Shown here in pieces: positions 25,632 through 34,351 of a DNA stretch of 64,000 nt. The stretch is taken from assembly GCA_902770045.1 (NCBI GenBank), contig CACXRO010000014.1:27516-91515 (forward strand), written 5' to 3'. The stretch's first letter is position 1; the number at the start of each line of letters is the position of its first letter. Made by a program: the position numbers and the translations under genes. The notes below the pieces were generated by a model. The model made no database searches, had not been told where the DNA came from, and was given only the letters and a program-made list of their open reading frames with translations. The DNA comes from an uncultured bacterium. Lineage in GTDB: Bacteria > Verrucomicrobiota > Kiritimatiellia > RFP12 > UBA1067.

Positions 25632-26616
25632 GGAGCTTGACGACGCCGAGGTCGGAGGGAATCCACCAGCCGTGCGGCGAGAGGTCGAAGGAGAACACCT
25701 TGACTCCGTCCGGCGCGCAGTTGCGCTTGAAGGCCTGGGTGAAGAAGCGGCGCAGGAAGATCGCGAGGGTCGCCTTGATCTCCGCGTCGGCGAAGCGTCC
25801 CCGGAAGAACTCCTTCGCCGCGTCGGCGAGCCGCTTCGGCCCCATCTCGTTGACGATGAAGTTCCAGAGGAAGAAGTCGTGCAGCTCGTACGGCCCGATC
25901 GTCCGCTCCGTGACCTGCCCCTTCACGAGCTCGGGCGAGACCGGCGTCGCCACGATGTCCTCCACCGCCGCGGCCGCGGCGCCGGGATGACGGGCCGCCC
26001 ACCAGGAGCACACCCTGCGCACCACGGTCTTGGGGACGCCGGAGTTGACGCAGAACATGGACATGTGGTCGCCGTTGTAGGTGCACCAGCCGATCGCGAT
26101 CTCGCTCAGGTCGCCGGTGCCGACCACGATGCCGCCGACCATGTTGGCGCGGTCCATCAGCACCATCGTGCGCATCCGCGCCTGGGCGTTCTCGTAGGCG
26201 GCGTCGGGCGTGGTGCCGTCGTGGCCGATCTCCTTCAGGTGGCGGCGCACGATGCCGCCGATCGGGATCGTCTCGGTCGCGACGCCGAGGCCCTCCGCGA
26301 ACGCGAGCGCGTTGCCGCGCGTCCGCCGCGTGGTGCCGAAGCCGGGCATGGTGATCGCGTGGATGCGCTTCGGGTCGAGGCGGAGGCGCGCGAACGCCTC
26401 GCGGCAGACGAGGAGCGCGAGCGCGGAGTCGAGTCCGCCGGAGACGCCCACCACGACGTCGCGGCAGCGGATCGCCCGAAGGCGGCGCCTAAGCCCCGCG
26501 ACCTGCGCGGCGAACACCTTCGCCGGGCTGCACGGAAACGGCGCGACCGCCCCCTTCTTCGGCGGCAGCCCCAGAAAGGCGCGGTGCCCGGCGAGCGAAC
26601 CCAGTTCCCTTTTCAT
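25624..26616 (-). CDS. nadE: NAD+ synthase (synthetase domain only)
   Basis: GVSGGLDSALAL PP-loop and ...GTGDLSEIAIGWCTYNGDH are present. Confidence 0.8.
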   Translation of the reverse strand: MKRELGSLAGHRAFLGLPPKKGAVAPFPCSPAKVFAAQVAGLRRRLRAIRCRDVVVGVSGGLDSALALLVCREAFARLRLDPKRIHAITMPGFGTTRRTRGNALAFAEGLGVATETIPIGGIVRRHLKEIGHDGTTPDAAYENAQARMRTMVLMDRANMVGGIVVGTGDLSEIAIGWCTYNGDHMSMFCVNSGVPKTVVRRVCSWWAARHPGAAAAAVEDIVATPVSPELVKGQVTERTIGPYELHDFFLWNFIVNEMGPKRLADAAKEFFRGRFADAEIKATLAIFLRRFFTQAFKRNCAPDGVKVFSFDLSPHGWWIPSDLGVVKLHG

Positions 26617-26626
26617 GCAAGTTTTC

Positions 26627-27277
26627 CTAATCGTAATACGAAAGCCGCTTCTCGATCCGCTCCATCGCCCAGGCGACGGCGAAGTTGAAGACGTAGTAGA
26701 AGACGCCGGCGGCGACGAGCGGGGCCATCGTGGTGTTGGAGCTCGAGAGCTGGCGGGCGATGGTGAACATCTCGGTGACGGCGATGGTGAAGGCGAGCGA
26801 AGTGTCCTTGACGAGCGTGATCACCTCGTTGCCGACCGCCGGTATGACGCGCTTCACCACCTGCGGCAGGATGATGCGCATGAATGTGGTCGTGCGCGGG
26901 AACCCGAGCGCCGCGGCGGCCTCGCGCTGGCCGGGGTCGATCGAGAGGATGCCGCCGCGGTAGATCTCGGCGAAGTAGGCGCCGTAGTTGAGGCCGAAGG
27001 CGATCACCGTGGCGAGGAGCCGCGGGTAGCTCGCGAGCGGCATCCCGAACATGAAGTAGGGCGCGAAGTAGACGAAGATGATCTGCAGCATCAGCGGGGT
27101 GCCGCGCACCACCGAGATGTAGAGGCGGAAGAGCCCGGAGACCACCGGGCTCTTCGACATCCTCCCGAGCGCCACCACGAGCCCGAGCGGCAGCGCCACC
27201 GCGAGCGTAAGGACGAAGATCTCCACCGAGACCGCAAGTCCCGAGAGGAGATCAACGACCATGCCGGAGTACGACAT
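26627..27277 (-). CDS. polar amino-acid ABC transporter permease
   Basis: 216 aa. Contains an EAA-like ...IDPGQREAAAALGF... loop. Confidence 0.8.
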   Translation of the reverse strand: MSYSGMVVDLLSGLAVSVEIFVLTLAVALPLGLVVALGRMSKSPVVSGLFRLYISVVRGTPLMLQIIFVYFAPYFMFGMPLASYPRLLATVIAFGLNYGAYFAEIYRGGILSIDPGQREAAAALGFPRTTTFMRIILPQVVKRVIPAVGNEVITLVKDTSLAFTIAVTEMFTIARQLSSSNTTMAPLVAAGVFYYVFNFAVAWAMERIEKRLSYYD

Positions 27278-27278
27278 C

Positions 27279-28052
27279 CTACTTGAGGATCAGCGCCGAC
27301 TTCTCGATGCCGTACTGCTCGGCGATCTTCGCCGCGGTGCCGTCGGCAAACAGCTTCCTGAGCTCCGCCTCCACCTGGTCGCGCAGCTCCTCGTTGCCGA
27401 GCTTGAAGCCGATGCCGTAGGTCTCGGTCATCACGATTTCGCCGAGCAGCTCGAACTTGCCGGGCAGGTCGGACATCTTGCGCTTCGCGACGCCGACGTC
27501 CATCGCCACCGCGTCGACCGCGCCGGCGGCGAGCTCGTTGACGGCCTGGTTGTAGTTCGGCTCGACGATCAGCTTCGCGAAGGTGGCGCCGAGCTTCTCG
27601 TGGTCGCCGCCCTTGGAGAGCGCCTTCATCACCGGGGTGTCGGTCTGGACGCCGACGATCTTCCCGGCGAGGTCGGCGAGGGTCTTGATCGGCGAGCCGG
27701 CCTTGACCAGCACAACCTGGGAGTTGTCCACGTAGGGCGAGGACCAGGTATACGCCTTCTCGCGGCCCTGGATCGTGAAGCCGTTCCAGATGCAGTCGAT
27801 GGCACCGGAGTTGAGCTCCATGTCCTTGGCGTCCCAGTTGATCGGGTTGGCGACGAACTCCCATCCCTTCGCGGCGCACACCGCGCGGGCGAGGTCAAGG
27901 TCGAAGCCCTTGTACTCCGAGCCCTCCTTGAAGCCGTAGGGCGGGAAGTCGGCGTCGAAGCCGACCACGAACCTGCCGTCGGTGAAGGTCGAGCGCTGCG
28001 AGCAGCCGGCGAGGACCGCCAGCGCGGCGGCCGCGATCAGGATGTTCCTCAT
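27279..28052 (-). CDS. amino-acid ABC transporter substrate-binding lipoprotein
   Basis: The true start is MRNILIAAAALAVLAGC (ATG 28052), followed by ...VVGFDADFPPYGF.... The track ORF start 28166 is an extension. Confidence 0.75.
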   Translation of the reverse strand: MRNILIAAAALAVLAGCSQRSTFTDGRFVVGFDADFPPYGFKEGSEYKGFDLDLARAVCAAKGWEFVANPINWDAKDMELNSGAIDCIWNGFTIQGREKAYTWSSPYVDNSQVVLVKAGSPIKTLADLAGKIVGVQTDTPVMKALSKGGDHEKLGATFAKLIVEPNYNQAVNELAAGAVDAVAMDVGVAKRKMSDLPGKFELLGEIVMTETYGIGFKLGNEELRDQVEAELRKLFADGTAAKIAEQYGIEKSALILK

Positions 28053-28081
28053 GTCGTTTCCCCCGTTTGCGGGACAGGACC

Positions 28082-28987
28082 TCAGAACGCGAAGCAGACC
28101 GAAACCCCGCCGTAGAGCAGCCCGGCGTGCGTGCTGTGGTCGCCTCCGACCGAATAGGAGTCCCATCCGGGGCAGTGGCGGACGCTGTGGTCGAGCTTGT
28201 AGAGGAAGTTGAGGTGCCCGCCGATCGTGAGGTTGTCGGTGATCGCATAGCTCAGGGCGACGCCGTTGTCCCAGCCGCCGAACGCAGCGCGGTCAAGCTC
28301 CCCGTCGGAGATGTACCTCGTGTACTCGGAGGTGTAGAGCGTCGTCTTGGAGGTGAGCTTGAGCGAGAGCTCCTCGGTGAGCTGGAAGCTGCGGGAGAGC
28401 GCGAAGTCGATCATGAACGCGGCGCCCGGCTTGTTGCCATGGCAGTACTCCCAGTAGAACTTGACGCTCGGGACGACAATCTCGTTGTCGTATTCGGCGC
28501 CGAGGGTCCAGAAGTTCTGCGACGTCCAGCCGCAGCGCGGATAGGTGTACCAGAGGTGGGATGCGGTGAGATTCACCGGCCCGATGGAGTTGCCGTAGAC
28601 GATCTCGTAGTCGAACTCGCCGATGCCGCCGAGCCGCTTGCCGCCGTTGCCGTAGTCGACCGAGCTGTGCTTCTTGTGGAGCTCCTGGCTGGCCCAGACG
28701 TCGACCCCGATCCAGCCGAAGTTCTCCGGGAGGTTAATCTGCCCCCAGATGTCGTACTGCGCGACAGGCGCGTCGGAGAAGATGCGGTTGTGGGAGACGT
28801 AGGCGGACTTGATGTCGAGCTGCAGCGCGAACTCGAAGAGCGGGGACTCTTCCTTCTCCAGTTCATCCTGCTCGACCTGGGCCGCCTCGGGCTTGGCAGC
28901 CTCCTTCGGAGCGGGAGTCTCGTCGGCATACGCCGTGAATGCGACGGCTGCGGCTACTGCGCCGAGCGCGATCATCGATTTTTTCAT
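28082..28987 (-). CDS. putative outer-membrane beta-barrel protein (porin-like)
   Basis: It has a signal peptide, MKKSMIALGAVAAAVAFTAYA. The pattern alternates aromatic and Gly residues. The C-terminus reads ...GGVSVCFAF. Confidence 0.45.
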   Translation of the reverse strand: MKKSMIALGAVAAAVAFTAYADETPAPKEAAKPEAAQVEQDELEKEESPLFEFALQLDIKSAYVSHNRIFSDAPVAQYDIWGQINLPENFGWIGVDVWASQELHKKHSSVDYGNGGKRLGGIGEFDYEIVYGNSIGPVNLTASHLWYTYPRCGWTSQNFWTLGAEYDNEIVVPSVKFYWEYCHGNKPGAAFMIDFALSRSFQLTEELSLKLTSKTTLYTSEYTRYISDGELDRAAFGGWDNGVALSYAITDNLTIGGHLNFLYKLDHSVRHCPGWDSYSVGGDHSTHAGLLYGGVSVCFAF

Positions 28988-29030
28988 GTGTTGTTTTCTC
29001 CTTTGGTGGGTTTGTAGGGAAATCGGTCCA

Positions 29031-29870
29031 CTATTGTCGTGGCATCTCGTTGATAACCTGCTTGAGGTGCTCGACCTCGTCCTCGGTGACGACGTCGTCC
29101 GCCAAGATGGCCTTGAGCTCGCCGCGCACCTTGCCGAGGAACTCGCCGAGGCGCCCCTGGTGCTCCTGGCCGAAGATCTCCGCCGGGGTGCCCTCGTTGG
29201 CGATGCGCCCGCCCTCGAGGAAGAGGACGCGGCTCGCGACGTCGCGCGCGAAGCGCATCTCGTGGGTGACTACGACCATGGTCATGCCGTTCCGGGCCAG
29301 GTCCTTCATGACGTCGAGAACCTCGCCGACCATCTCCGGGTCGAGCGCGGAAGTGGGCTCGTCGAAGAGCATCACCTTCGGCTCCATCGCGAGCGAGCGC
29401 ACGATCGCGACGCGCTGCTTCTGGCCGCCGGAGAGCTGCTGCGGGTACGCCTTTGCCTTCTCCGCGAGGCCGACGACCTCGAGGAGCTCCATCGCCTTCT
29501 TCTCGGCCTGTTCCCGCGGCAGGCGGCGGACGAGCCGCGGCGCGAGGGTGATGTTGTCGAGGATGGTGAGGTGGGGGAAGAGGTTGAAGTGCTGGAACAC
29601 CATGCCCATCTCGGAGCGGACGCGGTTCTTGGTCTTCTCGTCTGCGCTGACGATGTCGATGCCGTCGAAGATGATCGAGCCCTCGGTCGGCTGCTCGAGG
29701 AGGTTCATGCAGCGGAGGAAGGTGGACTTGCCGCCGCCGGACGGGCCGATCATCACCACGACCTCGCCCTTGCGGATCTCGGTGGAGATGCCCTTGAGCA
29801 CCTCCAGCTTCCCGAAGCACTTCTTCAGGTTCTCTATCTTAAGCAGTGTTTCGCCCATCTTCTTCACCAT
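29031..29870 (-). CDS. amino-acid ABC transporter ATP-binding protein (GlnQ-like) with a short C-terminal extension
   Basis: [20 protein letters not shown] and [10 protein letters not shown] motifs are present. Confidence 0.85.
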   Translation of the reverse strand: MVKKMGETLLKIENLKKCFGKLEVLKGISTEIRKGEVVVMIGPSGGGKSTFLRCMNLLEQPTEGSIIFDGIDIVSADEKTKNRVRSEMGMVFQHFNLFPHLTILDNITLAPRLVRRLPREQAEKKAMELLEVVGLAEKAKAYPQQLSGGQKQRVAIVRSLAMEPKVMLFDEPTSALDPEMVGEVLDVMKDLARNGMTMVVVTHEMRFARDVASRVLFLEGGRIANEGTPAEIFGQEHQGRLGEFLGKVRGELKAILADDVVTEDEVEHLKQVINEMPRQ

Positions 29871-29878
29871 TGGCGTGT

Positions 29879-29887
29879 ATTATACCA
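29879..29887 (-). promoter_or_regulatory. extended -10 TGGTATAAT, 8 nt from the ATG (leaderless configuration)
   Basis: Minus strand reads agaataTGGTATAATACACGCCAATG, with the ATG at 29870. Confidence 0.6.
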
Positions 29888-29891
29888 TATT

Positions 29892-29919
29892 CTTCGTGGT
29901 TCGTGGCTCGTGATTCGTC
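29892..29919. repeat. heptanucleotide tandem array, 4 units of NTTCGTG (minus-sense CACGAAN)
   Basis: Units are cttcgtg gttcgtg gctcgtg attcgtc. The last unit overlaps the dprA stop codon. Confidence 0.8.
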
Positions 29920-30988
29920 ACCGCGGCAGGGCGATGCGGTTGCCGGGCAGGAAGCGGACGAAGCCCTTGAGCCGGAGCTCCATCGCGAGCGAGTTCACCT
30001 TGCGCGGGGGAAGGCCGGTTTTCGCGACCAGCTCGTCCACCGACACCCCGACGGCGTCCACGTGCAGCATGACGAGCGACTCCTCCACCGTGTAGGGCGG
30101 CGTTTCCGGGTCGCGAACTGGGGCAGATTCCTCCTTTGCCGGCTTCCGCGGCGAAAGCGGCGAAAGCACTTCGATGATGTCGTCGGCGTTGCGCACCAGG
30201 GTGGCGCCGTTGCGGATAAGGTCGAGGCAGCCGGCGGACATGTGGCTGTCGACCTGCCCCGGCACCGCCATCACCGGGCGGCCAAGGTCGCCGGCGATGC
30301 CGGTGGTGATCAGCGTGCCGGACTTCTGCGGGCACTCCACCGCCACCACGCCCTGCGCGAGCGCGGCGACGACATGGTTGCGGATCGGGAAGGTCTGCTC
30401 GTCGGCGGGGCGGCCGAACGGGAACTGGCTCGCCACCGCGCCGCCCTTGGACGCAATCTCGCGCGCGAGGTCGCGGTTGCGCTCGGGATAGAAGCGGTCG
30501 AGGCCGGAGCCGATCACGCCGACCGTAAGCCCCCTTGCGTCCAGCGCGCCGCGGTGACCGTCGGCGTCGATGCCGAGGGCGAGTCCGGAGACGACGCACC
30601 AGCCGGCGGAGGCGAGGTCGGCGGCGAGGCGGTGGGCGACGACGTGTCCGTATGGAGTGGCGCGGCGGGTGCCGACGATCGCCACCATCGGCTTCGAGAG
30701 CGCGGCGACGTCGCCCTTCACGTAGAGCGCGAGCGGCGCGCCGGGGACGCCGCGGAGCCGAGCGGGGTAGCCTTCGTCGGCCGGGGTGACGATCTTCACG
30801 CCGTAGCGCTTCGCGAGTTCCTCCTCGGCGGCGACGTCCACCTCGCCGCCGGTGCGCGAGACCTTCTCGGGATACGCCTCCCAGGCGGCGGCGACGCTGC
30901 CGCCGGCGGCCTCCGCCAGGCGCTCGAGCTTAGCCGGGCCGATGCGGTCGGTCAGGTTGAAGGCTATGTATGCTTGACGGTCTGACAT
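29918..30988 (-). CDS. dprA: DNA processing protein DprA/Smf
   Basis: Contains ...VAIVGTRRATPYG...VVSGLALGIDADGHRGAL...GVIGSGLDRFYP. Confidence 0.85.
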   Translation of the reverse strand: MSDRQAYIAFNLTDRIGPAKLERLAEAAGGSVAAAWEAYPEKVSRTGGEVDVAAEEELAKRYGVKIVTPADEGYPARLRGVPGAPLALYVKGDVAALSKPMVAIVGTRRATPYGHVVAHRLAADLASAGWCVVSGLALGIDADGHRGALDARGLTVGVIGSGLDRFYPERNRDLAREIASKGGAVASQFPFGRPADEQTFPIRNHVVAALAQGVVAVECPQKSGTLITTGIAGDLGRPVMAVPGQVDSHMSAGCLDLIRNGATLVRNADDIIEVLSPLSPRKPAKEESAPVRDPETPPYTVEESLVMLHVDAVGVSVDELVAKTGLPPRKVNSLAMELRLKGFVRFLPGNRIALPR

Positions 30989-31003
30989 CGGTTTTGGTAT
31001 ACT
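30974..31003 (+). promoter_or_regulatory. sigma70-type promoter for tRNA-Glu: TTGACG-N18-(TGG)TATACT
   Basis: -35 at 30974-30979. Extended -10 at 30995-31003. It lies 17 nt before the tRNA 5' end and inside the first codons of dprA on the other strand. Confidence 0.55.
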
Positions 31004-31020
31004 ACGCGCCGTTTTTCCGC

Positions 31021-31095
31021 GGCCCCATCGTCTATCGGCTAGGACACGAGCTTTTCATGCTCGTTAGAGGAGTTCGACTCTCCTTGGGGCTGCCA
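31021..31095 (+). tRNA. tRNA-Glu (anticodon TTC), CCA encoded
   Basis: Hand-folded. Acceptor stem GGCCCCA/TGGGGCT. D arm GTCT-ATCGGCTA-GGAC. Anticodon arm CGAGC-TTTTCAT-GCTCG. T arm AGGAG-TTCGACT-CTCCT. Discriminator G plus CCA. Confidence 0.9.
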
Positions 31096-31097
31096 TT

Positions 31098-32483
31098 TCA
31101 GCCCTGGGCCTTCAGCGCCTGGGAGACTGCGAGCATGCGCTCGGAGAGGTCCTCGAAGCCGACGTCGGTGGAGTAGACGTCCTTGTAGTAGCGGTAGGCC
31201 TTCTCGAGGTCGCCGGACGCCTCCGCGCAGAGGCCAAGCTGGTAGACGACGTTCTTCTTGAGTTCGTCCATCGTCGGCAGCGCGTCGCGCGCGGTCTCGA
31301 GCTGCATCACGGCCATGTCGGTCTGGCCCTGGTTTAGGAAGCACATCGCCAGGTAGTAGAGCGCCCAGAGGCGGTCCTTGGGGCTCTTCTGCGCGAGCTG
31401 GAGGTGGGTGAGGGCGTCCTCGTAGTAGCCGTACTTGAAGTACTCCTTGCCGAGCTCGAAGCGGAGGTGGAGGTCGTTGGGGTAGCGCTCCACCCGGGCG
31501 GCGAGGTCGTCGAACACGAACTGGTTCTTCTCTGCCTCGAGCTCGTTCGCCTCGTCCTCGCGACCCTCCGCCTTCAGCGCGTCGATCTGCTGCTCGTAGT
31601 ACTGCACCTTGGTCTGGGAGAGCATGCGGTCGAGCTCGGGGTCCATCGAGCCGGCGGCGGCGATGGCGGCCTCGAGGGTCTCCACCGCCTCGTAGTAGCG
31701 CTTGTTCTGGATGTAGATGCGGGCGAGCGCGCGGCGGGCGTTCATGTTCTTGGGCTCGGCGGCGATCTGCTGGAGCTTCTCGTTGATGAGCAGCTCGGCG
31801 TCGGCGTCGGTGACGACGGCCTTGTTGGCGGCGTCGAGCTTGGCGGCCTGCTCCTTGTTGGCGATGAGGTTCTGGAAGCCGCCCTTCTTGCCGGCGGTCT
31901 GCTCCCAGCCGGCGCTCATCGTGGCCTGCGCCTCGGCGTTCTTGAGCATCTGCAGGACGCGCTGGTCGCCTGGCTTCATCGCGGAGAGCTTCTGGTAGGC
32001 GTCGCGCGCCTTGTCCCAGCGCTTGGCCATCGTGTAGTAGGTGGCGACGCGCTCGAGGAGCGCGGGGTCCTGGTTGGAGCACTCGTAGGCGGCCTCGACG
32101 GAGATCGCCGCGTGGTCGGTCTTGCCGGCGGCCTCGGCCGCCTTGACCGCGGCCTCGATGTTGTCGGGGTCGAGCGGGTTCTGGCAGAGGAGCTTTTCCG
32201 CCTCGGCCATCGCCTCTGGCCCCTTGCCCTTCTTCGCGAGCGAAAGGATCTTCGCGCGCGCGGCGGCGAAGCCGATCTTGGCGAAGAGGCCGGTCTTGCC
32301 GCCGCCCTTGCGGAAGTTGGCGATCTGCGCGGCCCTCAGGAGCCGGCGCGTCTCGAGGACGTCCGGCGCGGCGGAGACCGCCTCCATCAGCATGTCGACC
32401 GCGAGGTCGTACTTGCCGGTCTCCAGCGCCTGGCGGCCGCGGTTGGTGAAGTTCTGGGCCTTCTGCGCGAGATCGACCGCCAT
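31098..32483 (-). CDS. TPR-repeat protein
   Basis: The true start is MAVDLAQKAQNF (ATG 32483, overlapping the upstream stop by 1 nt). Multiple TPR-like helices occur. The track ORF to 32831 is an extension. Confidence 0.6.
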   Translation of the reverse strand: MAVDLAQKAQNFTNRGRQALETGKYDLAVDMLMEAVSAAPDVLETRRLLRAAQIANFRKGGGKTGLFAKIGFAAARAKILSLAKKGKGPEAMAEAEKLLCQNPLDPDNIEAAVKAAEAAGKTDHAAISVEAAYECSNQDPALLERVATYYTMAKRWDKARDAYQKLSAMKPGDQRVLQMLKNAEAQATMSAGWEQTAGKKGGFQNLIANKEQAAKLDAANKAVVTDADAELLINEKLQQIAAEPKNMNARRALARIYIQNKRYYEAVETLEAAIAAAGSMDPELDRMLSQTKVQYYEQQIDALKAEGREDEANELEAEKNQFVFDDLAARVERYPNDLHLRFELGKEYFKYGYYEDALTHLQLAQKSPKDRLWALYYLAMCFLNQGQTDMAVMQLETARDALPTMDELKKNVVYQLGLCAEASGDLEKAYRYYKDVYSTDVGFEDLSERMLAVSQALKAQG

Positions 32484-32785
32484 CACGACACCTCCAGTCG
32501 GCCGTCGTCGAGCTTGCCGAGGATGCCGCCCGACTTGTAGGTCTTGAGCATGAAGTGGGTTGCGGTGGAGAGGACGCCTTCGAGCGTGGAGAGGTCCTGC
32601 GCCACGAACTGGGCGACGTCCTGCAGGCTGGAGCCCTTCACGAACACCAGGAGGTCGTACCCGCCGGACATGAGGAAGCACGCCTCCACCGCCTCGAAGC
32701 GCGAGACGCGCTCGGCGATGCGGCCGAAGCCGCAGTCGCGCTGGGGGGTGATCTTGAGTTCGATTACCGCATGCACTTCGTTCAT
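32483..32785 (-). CDS. stand-alone Lrp/AsnC-type ligand-binding (RAM) domain protein
   Basis: 100 aa, reading ...AVIELKITPQ...VEACFLMSGGYDLLVFVKGSSLQDVAQFV... Confidence 0.6.
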   Translation of the reverse strand: MNEVHAVIELKITPQRDCGFGRIAERVSRFEAVEACFLMSGGYDLLVFVKGSSLQDVAQFVAQDLSTLEGVLSTATHFMLKTYKSGGILGKLDDGRLEVS

Positions 32786-33324
32786 TTCGCGTTCTCCTTC
32801 CCTTTGGCGTCCTTGTCGCCGGTCCAGTCAATCCTCAGCAGGTCGTCCACCACCAGCCGCGAGAGCTCGTCGGCGAGCCTGCCGGACGCGTCGCGCTCGG
32901 CGGTGGTGAGGTCCTGCCCCGATGCGAAGGTGGTCTCGGCAGTGTACGGGCGGTCCGTGAAGATCACCCGGCCGGACGCCTTGTCCACCACCGTGACCAG
33001 CGCCTCGCAGGACATGGTAAAGCCGGTGTAGCGGCGGAGCGTGCGGCGGTTGTAGGCCACCGAGCCGGCCGAGACGCTCTTGACCACGCCCTGCACCTCG
33101 ACCTGCGCCTCGTCGGGCGAGGCGACGGTAAACGACCCCTCGCGCTGGATCTCCCGCAGCAGCTGGCGCGTCGCGGCCGCCCCCATCTCCTGGAGGCCGG
33201 ACTCGTTCCGGAACGTCGGCACCGAGATCAGGCGCCGGTCGGCGGGGACGTGCGACCGCCATGCGTAGTTCGCGCCGCAGCCGCAGAGCGCGGCAAGCGC
33301 AGCCACCAAGACGACTCTCCTCAT
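32782..33324 (-). CDS. LptE-like LPS-assembly lipoprotein
   Basis: The lipobox is LCGC, followed by ...ISVPTFRNESGLQEMGAAATRQLLREI... An LptF/G permease gene lies 2 kb away. Confidence 0.45.
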   Translation of the reverse strand: MRRVVLVAALAALCGCGANYAWRSHVPADRRLISVPTFRNESGLQEMGAAATRQLLREIQREGSFTVASPDEAQVEVQGVVKSVSAGSVAYNRRTLRRYTGFTMSCEALVTVVDKASGRVIFTDRPYTAETTFASGQDLTTAERDASGRLADELSRLVVDDLLRIDWTGDKDAKGKENAK

Positions 33325-34349
33325 TGGTCAGACCCTTTCTTGAGCTCCTCGAGCCGCGCGCGCGCCTCGTCGGCGTGGCTGCCCCGGGGATGGTTGGCAA
33401 GATACGTCTCGTAGGCGCTGACGGCGCTGCGCTTGGTGCGGATGCGCGAGTCGTAGAACTTCGCCGCGGCGAAGTCGTCGTCGTCGATGAGCGCGCGCGC
33501 CTCGTCGAGCTGGGCGCGGACGGCCTCCCGGTCCTCTCCCTCGCAGGCGCCCTCGGCCTGCTCCAGGAAGGCGATGGTGTCCCTCACCCGCTCGCGGTTG
33601 TAGCCCATTTCCTCCAGCACCATCATCCGCGCCGCGGCCTCGCGCACCAGCGCGGTCTTCGCCTCGGGCGTGCCGCGGTGAAGGTTGCGCAGGTTCTCGT
33701 AGACCTTGATCGCCTCGGTCCAGCGCATCTCGTCCTCGCGCAGGGAGGCGATCTCGAGCATCGCCTGGGGCGCCCACTCCGCTCCCGGCGCCCGGAGGAC
33801 GCACGCCTCGAGCGCGCGGCGCACGTCGGCGGTGTTCTTGAAGCGGAAGAACATGATCGTCTTGCCCTCGATGCGCATGACCGAGGCGACGCGGTAGAGG
33901 GCGTCGACGGCGGCGGAGTAGTCGCACTGCACCGAGTAGAAGTCCACCAGGTACCGCCATTCGCGGAAAGCCTCCTCGTAGTCCTTGAGCTTCGTCTCCA
34001 GCGTCTCGGCGAGGAGCCGCTGCGCCTCGGGCGCCTCGCGGGATACGGGCCACTCGCGCACCAGCGCGTCGAGCTCGCGCGCCGCCTTGGAGTACGACTC
34101 CTCGGCAATGAGGCCGCGGCAGTAGGAGAACTGCGCGGCGGAGTCCTCCATCTTCGGCCCGGTCAGCCAGGAAAACCACTTCGGGGTCTTCTTCTCCGGG
34201 TGCGTGCTCTCCTTCACCTCGTCGAAGCCAGGGTACGCGTCGGTCGCGTAGCGCGCGCCGGAGTTGATCGCTTCAGCCGCGGCGGTCTGTCCCGCGGCAA
34301 GCGGCAGCGCCGCGACGAGCGCAAGCGAGGCGATGAGGAGGCGCTTCAT
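33321..34349 (-). CDS. secreted TPR-like protein (BamD/YfiO-like?)
   Basis: It has a signal peptide, MKRLLIASLALVAALPLAAG. The rest consists of helical repeats. Confidence 0.35.
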   Translation of the reverse strand: MKRLLIASLALVAALPLAAGQTAAAEAINSGARYATDAYPGFDEVKESTHPEKKTPKWFSWLTGPKMEDSAAQFSYCRGLIAEESYSKAARELDALVREWPVSREAPEAQRLLAETLETKLKDYEEAFREWRYLVDFYSVQCDYSAAVDALYRVASVMRIEGKTIMFFRFKNTADVRRALEACVLRAPGAEWAPQAMLEIASLREDEMRWTEAIKVYENLRNLHRGTPEAKTALVREAAARMMVLEEMGYNRERVRDTIAFLEQAEGACEGEDREAVRAQLDEARALIDDDDFAAAKFYDSRIRTKRSAVSAYETYLANHPRGSHADEARARLEELKKGSDQ

Positions 34350-34351
34350 GC

